Origin: Trichoplax sp. H2
Taxonomy: Eukaryota
Assembly (NCBI GenBank): GCA_003344405.1
Contig: NOWV01000209.1
Coordinates: 62,001-126,000, forward strand
Direction of reading: 5' to 3'
Length of the DNA stretch: 64,000 nucleotides
Positions 14,518 to 28,400 of this stretch are shown in pieces (the stretch's first letter is position 1; each line of letters begins with the position of its first letter). The position numbers were made by a program, and so were the translations under genes. Under the pieces are notes generated by a model. That model saw nothing but the letters and a program-made list of their open reading frames with translations, was not told the origin of the DNA and did not search any database.

Positions 14518-15470
14518 ATCCTACAGTATAAGTAAATTGATTTGTATTATAGTTATACCTACAACGATGTCTGATGGTGCTACTTTATTTTGTTTGCATC
14601 ATCGTAGCTCAATTTATCATATTAATATTATTAATATATGCGAATGCGTATCCATGACAGTAATAGTAAAGACAGCCATATTCTATATTTTTATTTCTGG
14701 ATAAGAGACAACTGTAGCTGCAGATGATTTCTAGGCTATATTACAAAAGTTGTTTTCTCTAACTTGATATTCGTTCAGAGTTTTTACCATTTAAATTATA
14801 ACCTGTTGACGAATCGATTTGGTCTCCTATCGATTCTCTTGCCATATGGGAATTTGCATAATCAGCTCTTGTGTTCCGTGATTCTACTTTGATGTTATAC
14901 TATTACTTCGAATTCTTTCTTAATTTGTAAGATATAAACTATAGTAGAGTATCCTAGCATCAACTAGTGTCGTGTGATTCATACAAATAGTTTTAAATTA
15001 TCCATAAATTTCCTTGCAATACAATGACTATATTCTGAAAGAATTGCCGTTTCGATCTACAGAGTCAAGGATAGCTATTCTAACCACAATCTAATTATAT
15101 AAATTCTAATCCGTCTACTACATCAATAAAAGAATAAATACCCTTATTACAATATACTAAATAATGTTTTAACTCGTATTGAATGGCAATAAATGCCTAT
15201 ATCTATCAAGTAATCAACCATTGGCAGAGTTGAATAGCTGTCAGGACTCGTCAGCAGCATGGTGTGTTACTAGTAATATGATCAAGAGCCAGTGCCTAGC
15301 AGGATGTAGCACGCTTTAGTGAAAAAGCAAGAAATACAAGATGAACAACTTGTAGTACTCAAAAAGACCTGATCGATTTGTACATGATGGACTGATAGCT
15401 AGTCTATCCTATTCCCCTGGCTTTAACTTGAAAAAGTTTGGCTATTGCCAGTGGTATAATTTCATCATTA

Positions 15471-15858
15471 TCCTGTCTCCAAATTGTGAGTCGTCATTAA
15501 TGGAGGTGGACAGTTTCTAGATGCACCATGTAAATATTAACTTTAAATCTCATCCCTATACTCACATAAAACGTATTACAGTGACGATCACTCACTAACA
15601 GCTAAAATGATACTTTCGATGTCACCTGTAGTTTGTGATGAGTGAATTATTAACTTCATTCTAGATCCTGTCTCGAAATTGTAAGTCGTCATTAATGGAG
15701 GTGGATAGTTTGTTGATGCACTCTGCAAACATCAACTTTAGATCTCATCCTTATACTCGTATAAGACGTATTGCAGTGTCGATCACTCACCAACAGCGAA
15801 AATGATACTTTCGATGTCATTTAGTTTGTGATGAGTGAATTATTAACTTCATTCTAGA
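15471..15858. repeat. Direct tandem duplication, 195-bp period, 2 copies
   Basis: tcctgtctc.aaattgt.agtcgtcattaatggaggtgga at 15471 and 15666; both copies end in gaattattaacttcattctaga. Confidence 0.92.
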
Positions 15859-17149
15859 TTGTATTGATTAATATGATGGATGTTGATGTCATCTATGCAA
15901 GGCTAGCTGTAAACTATGGGCAATTTTGCATTCTCATGCCTGTTCCTTCAGGGGTTAATGCAGGTAGGGTATCATGGCTAGGACGATCAAGGTAATTTGT
16001 GAATGAATGACAATATTGCCGACTGAAATCGATTGTATTGGGCTATCATACGCTTTCCAATCCATTTTCTACTTCTACCTCGTTGAAGGCAAGGTTTACA
16101 GTATACAGTACAATCAGCAAGTACTCCATAGATTATCCTTCTTTTCAGTTTAAAATCTTGTCCTGGCTGTCTTGTGAAGCTTACGCTATCTCCATTCTAT
16201 CCCCACTGCACGAATGAACCGGTTAAGGATCAACAGCAGACGAGGCTAAAATGAGAGTCATTGTTGATTTCATTACTTTGTGGCCAGTACAGCCTATTAA
16301 CCTTGGATAGGAAGCATTGATGAAGACTGGCACAATTTCATGTGGAACGATAGTGTCATTGACATACACTGTAACAAAATATTTACCGTAGTTACACTGA
16401 CTAATCTATCTTGTAGAGTAGAAGGATTACCAGACTAAAGGATGCATTTACTCTACATTGTGGTAATGCATACCATGACCCTGCTATTATTAGTATAGTC
16501 TTACTCCTCATATTAAAAGTATCTTTAATTCAAATAGAGAGGAATTGGTTCGATTTCTCTGCAAGTCCCTGATCAAGTCGAGGTTGAGTTTTTTGCAGCA
16601 TGATCACTCTTGATCAGGGAATAACTTCCGAGCACCATACCAGTGCCATAAAAGTAAACTAAACGATGCATTGACTGTACAGTACTGTGATAATCTATGC
16701 CATGAGCATGTTGTATCGTTGCAGTCGAGTGCCATGTCGGAAGCTACCTCAAAATAGAGAGAAATTGTCTCTTGCATTTCTTTTGTAGGAAGCGCTGATC
16801 AAGTGGAGGTTTTGTTGCGCTTTCGCAGTCATGCACTGTCTAGAAGACCAGTAGGACAACAGCATAGCAAGGCCTCTAAAATAGCTGAAAGATGTTCACT
16901 GTTCAGCTATAGTGTCACCTTAAATTATATCATTCAATTTGGAAGAAATATACTTTCAAATGAGCTCATAATCCAAGCAGATAGATCAGTCCAACCTAGA
17001 GCAATTCGCTCTTGATGTTTTGATTTGCCATATTGAGAAATTGGATTTCGGTCCACTTTCCAATCCATGCCATCCGACAGTGGCGCATGTGCAGTCGGTG
17101 GAAGCCTTGTATAAGTCACGTGCCATGGTGGTCAATCTTCAGTCCTGTA

Positions 17150-18111
17150 GTTGCGTATAAGCGACCACCAGACCAGTGACGTCATCGAGTGTGATCGAGG
17201 TTCTTGGTTTACGTCACTGTACTAAAATTAGAACATTACCGTACTCGACCGTTGGGGTTTCACTCGGCCGTGGTACAATACTGTCACGCGCGAATGACGT
17301 CACTTGAATCGTGTTGACTCTCAGTCAAGTCATTGGAAGACTTGTCTAGTCCTTTGAAGGCTGCAGTGCCATGCTACGTAGTGGATTTATATGGATCCGC
17401 TAGTATGGTATCATACACAGTATTTCCAGTTTGTCCAGGAGATCACTCACGCCATTATTAAAAGAGAAAATCAATACTTGGCCATGTTTAGCTTTTACCA
17501 GGCAGAAACAAATGCCATACAACCCCCAATTTCCCTGTAGCGATTCAACCTTGCCATGATCGTCTCATGAAGGGGATTGTTGGCAATTAACATCGTCACA
17601 GGCCTAACATGGTGGTTGTAATCAGAAGAAAAATGGAGTTGATCATCATAATTTAGTATTCCTGCTATGGGAGGTATAGACGATGGCGATGGGTGTGGCT
17701 CTGGGTCGTGCGACGTCATAGGCAGTCGGTCGCTTTACAGTACATTGTATTGTATACGGAGAGGCTTTGTACTGTATAGTACAGTACAGTATTCCATTCC
17801 ACAGTGTACAGTACAGTACAGTCTCTCGTCCAGTCAGACATGGACTGTACGGTATTGGACGACCTTCTACTGGACTGGCAATCCTGTACAGTGTACAGTA
17901 TGACCATAGGCTGTACAGTATAAAGGTGGACGACTGCCTTGCGACCGGACCAGTAGTCCTGTACTAGTGACACTTTAGTGCAAAGAAGAATCCAAAGGCG
18001 AAAAGTTGCCCCAGTGAATTTGGATATCCTTTGGCCTAATTTGACAGTAATTGTTGGAGTGGAGGAGAAAAGGGCGAAAAAATTCAAGAGTGCATCCAAA
18101 TTGAGGGGAAA
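17150..18111. promoter_or_regulatory. CpG-richer upstream region of ALIX with CRE palindromes and a TACAGT/ACTGTA cluster
   Basis: TGACGTCA at 17177 and 17295, TTACGTCA at 17209, CGACGTCA at 17711; dense tacagt/actgta/tgtaca words at 17735-17925; lies directly 5' of the ALIX ATG. Confidence 0.5.
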
Positions 18112-21100
18112 ATGGCTGATCGATTTATTGTTTTAGCTTTAAAGAAAGCCGATTCCACCGATTTTTCCAAGCCGTTAGATAAATTCATTGCCAATACTTA
18201 CGATAAAGAACGAGGTCAATTCAAGGGGCAAATTGACGAATTGCAAACTTTGCGTAATAATGCCACTAAGCGATTGGATAAGCATGAAAGTGCCGTACAA
18301 ATGTTACTCAGGTGAGGAAAGACTCCAATAGCAATAGCAGCATAACGATCTTTTCCAGGTTCTTGCATGCTACATTCAATGGTCGTACAATAGGTCATAT
18401 TGATTTCCAGTCCCTTGGCCCTAATAGTAATGCGCAGTAGCGTACAGGACGACGGCGTCGAGTACAGTATTGTAGCTGAAAGTGGAAACAGGTTCACCCA
18501 TTTTTCTGATGCAAATCTGGGTGCTAGACCTACACATTGCACTGGATGGATATTGGCTGCTTGCACCAATTCGATCGACTTTACTTTACATCCAAACCAT
18601 GTAGGAAAATGGAATGATCGTATAGTAGCAATGGTGGTAGAGAAAAAGGTTCACTTCAATAGTGGAATATCTTTCTTTTTAGTCGATGTTACTCAATGGT
18701 AGCCATGAGGAATCGTAGATGATAATCGCTCAACTGAGAGTTTTCTTTACTGCGATGCAAACACTTTGGCTTTGCCAACATAGATACAGTGTGTTGATAT
18801 ACCCTGGTACACAGTCACAACATCGCACTCTAGTTCAACCAACTGGGTAATATTGTACATCAATTTCTGCCTGGCAAAGCAATCAATCGTCTTTACAATC
18901 CATTCGACGCGTATAGTGATGAAAGCGATTACGGTAGTTTCCAAGTTCAATAGGAAGATAAAATAAGAGATAATGAACAATCATCATCCTCTCGTGGATA
19001 GTTCATTCCATCAAGCATATCCATCCATTAAAAATCACCTCTAGGCTATACGCAATAAACTGATTGTCATTCAAATAGAATGCAACGATTGCAAAACATA
19101 ACAGCAAAATAACGGCGTATGAACTACCAATCAAATAGTGTTAATATTATTATTGACGAGCCCATTGAAATAAACACAGCAACTTTTAGACTGAAAAATC
19201 CGATATGTACAGTACGTGTCTATGGATACTGAAGCAAATAACTAGCACTTTCAAATTGAAGCCTAATGACGAGAGTAGCAACTTAAATAAGTCTTCAGTT
19301 TTGACATCGATCAACCCTGTATCAAGTCTATTTATAAATATTGCTTGCACGTTTTATTAACGATGATGCATGACTATTGTTAGAAAGAGCAAATAAATTG
19401 AAACTTGTACTCTAATTAGACTTGATTATCTTACACTCGTTGTAAATGCTGAAAGAGTAAACTAAAGCAGAACAACAATTCTACCCAAAAGAATTTGGCG
19501 TAATGTTCTGTTGTACATAGAGTGTCACTGAATGGTATCCTTATACTTCGAACATTGTAGATACTACGATCAATTGAATGTCATGGAAGCTAAGATGCCA
19601 GTGTCTGAGAGCGAGGTAAGAAAACTTCAACCGCAACCTTCAGTCATAAAATTCAATCTTCTCTAAAAAACTGTCGTACCGCAGTGCAAGTACAGTAGTA
19701 GATTTCCACCGCGATCAGTTCTACCCACTTTCTCTTATTGATCGCCTAGTCAGTTGCATTGATAAGATAAATATACTTTTTGCTCTGATCTAAAAATACT
19801 GATAAATAATAATATTTAAAATCGATTGAATATCGAAATTGAATGAACTAATTTATTCTATACGTGGACAGGTACGTGTAACGTTTACTTGGCAAGACGC
19901 TTTCGACAAGGGCAGCCTGTTTGGTACTAGAAAACATAGTTAGTATTTCTTTTATTCTATATAGACAGTACATCACTATTTAATTGCAACTTATCAACCT
20001 GCATGTTGAGTTACTATGCGCTATCGATGCTCGTTTGTGCACGAAACGATCAATCCATCTACTAGATTTGTATTGACAGGCCAACTATGACAATATTCTA
20101 ACGTTGCCCAATTATACTTTCTCTCAAAGGTGCAAAGAGTTTGCCTTTTGAGAAATCTTGCGTTCTATTTAATGCAGCCGCACTTTCTAGTCAAATTGCA
20201 GTTACTCAAAATCTTGACACTGATGATGGCTTGAAGTTAACTGCTAAATACTTTCAGGTAGTAAAATTGCTTGTCTTGCATTTGAATAGCAAGTTATTTG
20301 AATTGACTATAACAAATTCTTGTCAAATTGAATATCTAGACTGCAGCTGGCATCTTTGAATATTTACGAGAATATATTCCAAGCAGTATTCCGCAAGGAA
20401 CAACTCCAGATTTATCTATTGAATGCTTAACGGCTCTAAGTGCACTGATGCTTGCCCAATCTCAAGAGACATTTTATCTTAAAGCCAGTCAAGGTACCCT
20501 TTGCTTTCCCGGTTGCTTATCTTAGTTACAATCCGTACAATCCGTATACACAACTTTAAAGCTATCGCATCTGGCTCATAATGGATGAATTAGAAATCTT
20601 CTCATACAGTACTATAAATTTATTACGAAAATAATGCGCCGATCTCTATCAACTTGCTTTAGATAAAATGAAAGATGGAATTGTCGCAAAAATTGCCATG
20701 CAAACTGGAAATAACTATGCTGATGCATTCAAAAACATGCAAACACCTGGTGTACGTGCTTTATGGGAAAAGGATTGGCTACCTATGGTATCAGGTAAAC
20801 AGGCAATGTATCACGCCGTGGCTGAATATCATCAGGCTCTAGTTGCCAAAGCTAGCGGGGCGATTGGTGAAGAATTGGCTCGATTAAAAGTTAGTACCAC
20901 ATTATTATTATTATGCTAGTGTACAAAACACCATCGTACATTAACGGTAACATCATACAGCGTATATATGCAACTAGCCTTTTGTGTGAATAAACTCACT
21001 ACAGCCTGTCCCTAAGCTATGGATTGTAAATTTATTATTAATTCTTTTAGCACGCTAGCTCTTTAATGCAACAAGCTGAAAGCTACAGTAGCACACTCAC

Positions 21101-23868
21101 CGATGCAAAGGTTTGTCCGACATAGCTTTTGCTTTGATTGTACTTTATGCAACTCTAAATTGAATATTCTGTACGCAGGATACTTTAATGACGATATCTC
21201 AATCAATTGTTTTCATAGAATTTGCGCAACAAGATTACTAAAGCTTATCAAGCTGCACAAAAGGATAATGACTTCATTTATCATGAATTAGTTCCTGACA
21301 AAGACAGAATTCCCGCCGTCCAAGGTGCAGCTATTGGCAAACCCATCCGCTTAAATAATCCAGCATCTGCAAATTTTAAAGATATTTTCGCTGATGTTGT
21401 TCCTCTAAACATTCACAATGCTGTATCGAGGTACAATGAACGTCAACAGGATTTGGTTACTTCCGAGCTTAAAAAGCTTACAGATAATACGCAACAATTA
21501 AAAAGGTCTTTTAAATTGTGCTAGAATACATGTTGTATGAATTGTATACAGTTTACTGTAGGGACGTTATTAATCTTTATCCATAATTGGCATTTTATAG
21601 TCTTTTAGCTGAATTAAATTTACCTGCAGCAATTGAAGATACTGGTGGAAATTCTGTACCACAATCGCTTTTAGACAAGTCTGCTGCATTAATACAAGAT
21701 GGTGGCGTCCAGAAAATAGATAGCATGTTTAATGAACTGCCAACATTATTACAAAGAAATCAAGAAATTGTTACAGAGGTTTGCAGTTACAACGATACCT
21801 TCATTAGAATTCCTATTTACTTTCATTATTGAAAATAATTCAATACTTCCCGTACTTAAACATTTTTTAAGACCACTCGTATGATGGATGATGAAGAGAA
21901 AGACGATAAACAAATGCGCCAAAGATTTAAAGAAAAATGGACCAGAATGCCATCTGATAAACTCACAGCATCATTACGTATTGAAATGAACAAATATAAA
22001 GGCATCATTGAAAATGCATTGAAAGCTGATGCAATCGTGCGAGATAAATATAACAAAAGCCGTAATGCTATGATTGTACTTAGTAAGGGAGAGGTATGAT
22101 CAAGCTGGTTTTGCTGTAGGTTCGCTATTCTTTGACTGACTATAATTCTAACCCATCATTTAGGTTGAATTAAAAAATTACATCCCAAAGACCGGAAGCG
22201 GAAATGCTGTAGCTAATAGCAAAGTGTGTACATACTAACATCATTTTTATACACTGTCATTGAACTATCAATAAATGTTGGTATTTAAATTTAAATTTAT
22301 AGGCTGTCGTCAACATTAAACGCCTAATAGACCAAATTGATGGTATTATTGCTGAACGACAAGTAATCGAATCTGAATTGAAATCGGCTACCTGCGATAT
22401 AAGTACATTTTAACTAATAGTGACTATTTATAGGAGAATTTATGTACAACCCATGGTTATTGTTTATTGATACGTCTGATATCCACGTTTTATTCAGCAC
22501 CTAAATTTCTAGCAGCTTTAGCTGCTGATGGTGTCCTGCAAGATGAGGATATCTCCAAGCAAAATTTAGATAGTACTTACAATGTTTATGTAAACCAAAT
22601 TGCCGATACCATCTCCAGACAACGAGACATTGAAACGCAACTCAGAGTGAGTTTCTTATGCCATCCTGAACATGTTACGATAATTCAGTGAAAGTTTAAT
22701 TCTCTTCTAGTAATGAATTATAGTAATAACTAACGTTGCACCTACGAAAATTATTTATTACTATTTGTTGATCTAAAAATAGGCTGCAAACCAGGAATTT
22801 CTTGCCGAAAGGCAATCTCGCTCCGGAGCTAATAAACGAGAAGAAACGTTATCTGATTTGGCCGCCGCCTACGATGCTTTTACTGAATTGACCAAACATC
22901 TGATGGAAGGCACCAAAGTTAGTATCTTCGACTTTCTTCTTATAAACTTATATTACGAAAAGATATAATTGAAAATTGAATTTATAAATTACTCATTTGC
23001 TCTTTTGGTTTCTCTTTGATGCAGTTTTATAATGACCTAACTAATCTTTTGGTCAAAACACAAACAAAAGTTAGTGACCTTATCTTTGCTCGTAAAACTG
23101 AATTGCAAGGATTACTCGGGTATGTTATTTGTGATAACATTTTCTTGCTTATTATTTTTATGACATGTACCCTTCAATTACTAAATTACTAGTGTCCTTT
23201 TATCATAGGGATTTACAACAAGATCTATCGAAAGCTGACAACCAGACTCCATCAATCCCTAGTCATCATCAGAAGGCAGCAGCACCCCAAAGTAAGTAAT
23301 AATTTCGGTTTACCGGCTTAGTACAGTAGTATTAGGTGCTATAGTTTATTATAATCTCTATTTAATCAGTTGATATTGCCCTTCTAGGTCTTAAACTTTA
23401 CAATACTACTACTTTATCATAAGAATATGATTTATCAACCATTAACTGTAATTTATTGAATCATGCATGGATTATCAACCTTTCTGTATTGATAAACAAC
23501 ATTAACTATTCTCGCTAGGACCTCCACCACCGAGTAGCAGTGCGCCGCCCACATCGACTAGTTCCATTCCAGCTTCAGCTCAGCCTCCTGCTGCTGCACC
23601 TCAGCCAAATTATGCAGTTGCACCCCCTGCACAACAACCACAATATCCTGGTGCTCCTCAACCTATGTATGCTCCGCAAGGGCAGCCATATCCTTACCCA
23701 ACACAACAACCACAACCTGGTCAGCCAATGCCTTATCAATATCCTTACCAGGGCCAACAGCCGGTTTATCCTCCTCATCCGTCTCAACAGTATGTTCCAA
23801 TGCCTGGAACCTACCCTCCACCACCACAGGGTTATCCTCAATATCCTCAATATCCTCCACCACAGTAA
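18112..23868 (+). CDS. PDCD6IP: ALIX / programmed cell death 6-interacting protein (Bro1 domain, V domain, Pro-rich tail), ~17 exons
   Basis: [18 protein letters not shown] start; RYYDQL (19561); FTWQDAF (19872); [31 protein letters not shown] (Bro1); [25 protein letters not shown] (V domain); Tyr/Pro/Gln-rich last exon 23519-23868 ending in TAA. Confidence 0.96.
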
Positions 23869-25432
23869 AAGCAGTATAGATTAAATAAAGTGAAACGGTA
23901 TCTGGGAAGCTCGAAAAACCATGACATTTTCTGACTTAAAGTTTTCATTGCTACGCAAGAACTTGTATTTCAGAACTGCTGGCGCCTGTTACGTTATTTA
24001 TCCTATAATAGGCACTAGTAATTCCAGCACCTATCGCTTGGCTTGTTTTCGTATAAACTTGTTAATTAGCTTAGATTATCGTGATGTAATCAAAATACAT
24101 CGATACAATCGTGAATCATATCTTGTACGATGCATTTCTGCAATAAAAGTCCATGTAATATATAGCAGCTTATATAGTTGATTTTCGCTATCTTAGTTAG
24201 CGTAAAATATTATTACATTTGTCAACAATTTCTTGTAGCTTTCAACTTTAAGATACGACGTAAGATATATATCTACACTATAAACTACCAAACAAAGCAT
24301 TAGCTAAGGGTATTGCAATAGTCAATATGGCTAGAATATTTGCTTTCTCATTTACACATGAGTATATCCTCATACATAAAATATGCAAATGAAATTGTGA
24401 TGTTGAATGACAAGAAGTACAATACTGTAAAAATTTTTACGGTACAACTACTTTTTATAATACCGAATATATTAATTAACTCATTGAAAGTGAGAATTAT
24501 ATTAATTTCAATAAAAAAGCTAAATTTAATGAAATTGCTCTTCTTTTGAAGGACTACTTACTGCATATCAAGCAAACACGTACCATTGTAAGTTAACACT
24601 CAGTGTCGAACACACCAGAGTGCTGCATCGACGAATTAAAGAGAAGAACATAGTAAATGTTTCATAAAGGCGATTTTGAGATGTACTGGTAACATTCCTT
24701 TAATACGGCACACTTATTCAAAACGGTAGTCACTATGGAATTTATTCTCTGTATTGAGTGTGATCCTACCTACGGTAATGAATACTATAGACAATCGTTC
24801 CTATTAGTCAGTTTATCAATCATCATGCCAATTTTCACCGAGGAGCCAACAGTTATTGTTCCATACGTGTGTTTTCCACGATCAAAAAAATCCCAATTAT
24901 TACTTGCACTGTCGTATAATTTTATTAAAACAATCAATGTTTCAAAGGATTTAGGACCTATAGTAGATCATAGCAAGTACAACTGAAAAGGTAATACAAA
25001 AAAAAATCAACACTAAACCATCATCACTTTTAAAAAACTTCAACGAAACCATTCTGTTAGAGTAGACTGGGTTTAATACTGTACAGTATTTCGATGATGT
25101 ACTACTACCATACAATGTCATGTACAGCATATTGCAATATTAGAATTGAGACTTTTACAAATTTATACTTAACAAAAACAAATAAATATTTTCAGGCCAG
25201 GGGCTTTTAACTTCTTTTCCAGTAGAACTTGCACAAAAGTAAAATGCATAAGAACTTCCACTGGAGTTAGATACATCAAATTGCCAAACCCTTGAAGACT
25301 ACCATAGTGGCTTTTTATATATCAGTTAATATCTGTTGATGTATATAATGACAGCAAGCGCTATTGAATTCCTGTACATTTATAATTACAATCCAAACCT
25401 TACGAGGACTGAAGTTAGTCTTATCACTACAA

Positions 25433-28400
25433 TTACATTTCTTCGTCGCTATTGCCAATAACTTCACCAAGTTCAGTTTCTATCTTACTCGCAAGATCAC
25501 TATCCTGAGGAACTAATGCCGATTCACTATCGTCATTATCACAAGACTTGATTACTTCATCTACATTTTCATTGTCAGCCAGAGTGTCTTTCTTAGCGGT
25601 ATCAGAATCGACATCCATAGCTTCTATTGCTTCCTCTGTCATATCAACGTCTTTTACTTCATCCGATTTTAATGGTTCTTCATTCTCTATTTCCTTCGAA
25701 TTATCCGCTTCACTATCTACGCCTAATATAGCTTCAGTTTCCAATGATGCAGGTTGCTTTTCCTCATGATCAAAGCCTTTCTCACTTAGTGAACATATGG
25801 TTGGTTGAGTGTCTTCATCTGTCGATATTTGGGGGAGATCTTTCGCATCACTATCTTGTAAGTTCGCTTGATTTTCTTCATTATTTTCCTTTCTAATCGT
25901 TTCAAACGGCTTTACAGCCACGGGAGCACTCTTACTCGTAAACGTATCTGATGTGACAGTATTACTAGCCTTCGTTGTAGATGGTTTGACAATCTTTTCA
26001 CCACGTAATATACTTGGTAAAATTTGATTTGTGCTGCTGGTAATGGAAGCTGCTGCTGTTTCTTTCGACAATGAATCAGAAGATTTTCCTGACATACCGT
26101 AAGATAAAGTTATAGAGTTTGTTTCTGCAATAACTGGTTGAATGATAGAGCTAATATTGGGATTTAAAGGACTTGAAGGCAGAGGGTTTTTATACGATTG
26201 CTGGCTAATAGCCGCTCTAACCGGATTCTGACCAACAGTGGTATTTAACGGTCTAGCTAAGGTAGTGCCAGTGTTTTGCTTATTGTGAGAGCTAATCGAA
26301 GCTACATTAGGTTCAGTGATGCTATGTGATGCTGCAGTAAACGCTAGTGTAGAAGGAGCTATCTTCTGTTGTGTAATATGGGAAGCTGACAGAGTAGTCT
26401 TCGTTTGTGGTAAACTTCTCATGTTCATTGCCTGTTGCTGCATCTGTGCTGCGACAACGCCCTGACGAGTAATTGGCACTTGAGGTGATATAGAGGCAGG
26501 TAATGCGGATAACTGAGCAGTATTTACAGTATTCAACAAGGAATATTTATCCGATGATACAATAGTCTGCCGCAAAGAAGCAGTTCTAGCTTGATCTTGC
26601 GCAAGGTCGTATTCACTGTTATTTGGCGGTGGCAGCCTGCTATCTTGCTTGTATGTTACTTTGCTGTGTTGCGAAGGTGCGGCTTGATCGCTTCTGGTCG
26701 AGTTCTGACGCGATGTCTGATCTACAGTAGTGCTGGTATCATGAGTTTTCTCTGCCGATTTGAGCTGTTCCAGCTGGAATTTCTGACGTTCACGTAAAAG
26801 CTGTTGCCTCTGAAACTCAAGCTATAAAAAATTTTAGTTAGAACAAGGTCAAGAGACCAGAATCAGGTTCGGTATGATATTAACCTGTTCTCTTTCACGA
26901 TCCATTATAGCTTCCAGTTCTTCAAAATGCTTTAACTTTATTTCCAATTTTTTCATTTGTGTTTCCACTAGCGAAATCACCAAACTTTTAATGCGTCTCT
27001 CTTCCATGGCAACAATTGACTAAATAAAGCATTCATATGAAACATTGAAATCCTCATTCGATACAGTCATAAAACAAGAAAATTCGTGCACAATTATCGA
27101 TCCTGCAGTAATATTTTGTAGAGTAAAGACAATTCTCACTTTGGCTTTAACCCCGGCTGCTGCCATTGCCGCAGCTGCAGCCGTGGAAACATTTCCTTCC
27201 ACCGTCGGTCTATTATTGGCAGTTGCAGGAACATCCTTGTTCTTACCATCACTATCTAGCGAGGTTGAAACATTTCCAGACGATTTATCGGAAGCTTTAA
27301 CAGTTTGCGCACTATCACTTAGTTCAGAAGTAGAATTCGAGAGTTTTTCTACTTGCAATAAATAGAAAAATCATTAATATCATATCAAAACTCCGACACT
27401 GCCATTTTCATAGTATTTCGCCATGACATAAAACGCACTCGTGTCATTACCGGAAGGTTCATTACTTATGTCCATAGCGCCATTACCAACTGTAGTAACA
27501 TTATCGCCATCTTCTTTCATTTTCGAAAATTCCTCTAAAAATAAATGCATATTTAACAGGTAGTCATAAAACATATTTAATTAAGAACCTTACGATTACC
27601 TATTGCAGCTTTAGCAGCAGCACTGGCAACACGAGGATCAACAATAGCCGCAAGAAAAGCCACTGTTGACATAATTGGATTACCAGATCGGCTGAAAGGT
27701 ATAGGTTGGTTAATTAATGGACCTAAATAATTTGCAAATCATTGGGTTAAATGTTCATGAATGCACAATATAGTAGAATAACGTAAACAATACAACCTTT
27801 ATATTTATCTATAGAATTTTTTAAATGCAGTATATCCTCTACCTAATTGCAAATCTGATTCATCCAAGTAAGGATCTTCAATTGGTAATCTCAAGAAATG
27901 TAAGATACATTCATCATGAGTTCGACTTCCGACATGGTTGGCTACCTTATTCCAGTCATCTTTATACATTTCTAGGCCCTAGTGTAGAAGGCGAAAACAA
28001 TGCACAGATCAGTATTTAATGCTATAAAAATACACGTAGAGTAATAATCACCTCTAATAAAAGCAATGTTTCCTGATCTGTCCAGTCTCGCGATAAATGA
28101 GATAGTGCTTTCGACTATGAATAAGAGAAAGCGATCATATTAGTTTGGGAGATGTTTATATATTGCTACACTTAAGATTGTACAATGCCATAAGAGTCTA
28201 ACTTACTTTTTGTGCACTGGCTGCATATATATCAGTCTTGAGGCTAATTAGTAAATATATATGAATACGAACAAATTAATCTAACTATAAAAAAGGATGT
28301 GATATCTGCATTGGTTGTATTATGCTTACCCATAATTGGTTAGACTATCACTTTTATCCGGTCCTTCGCTTTTGGTAGTATTATTGTTAAAGGTTATCAT

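Noticed and set aside
17667..18099. ORFs rich in YSTV/TVQY/LYTV
   Set aside because: Translations of the TACAGT word cluster; the same applies to 34081-34708 and 35105-35740.
23540..23884. Overlapping ORFs on both strands
   Set aside because: Shadow frames of the Pro/Gln/Tyr-rich last exon of ALIX.
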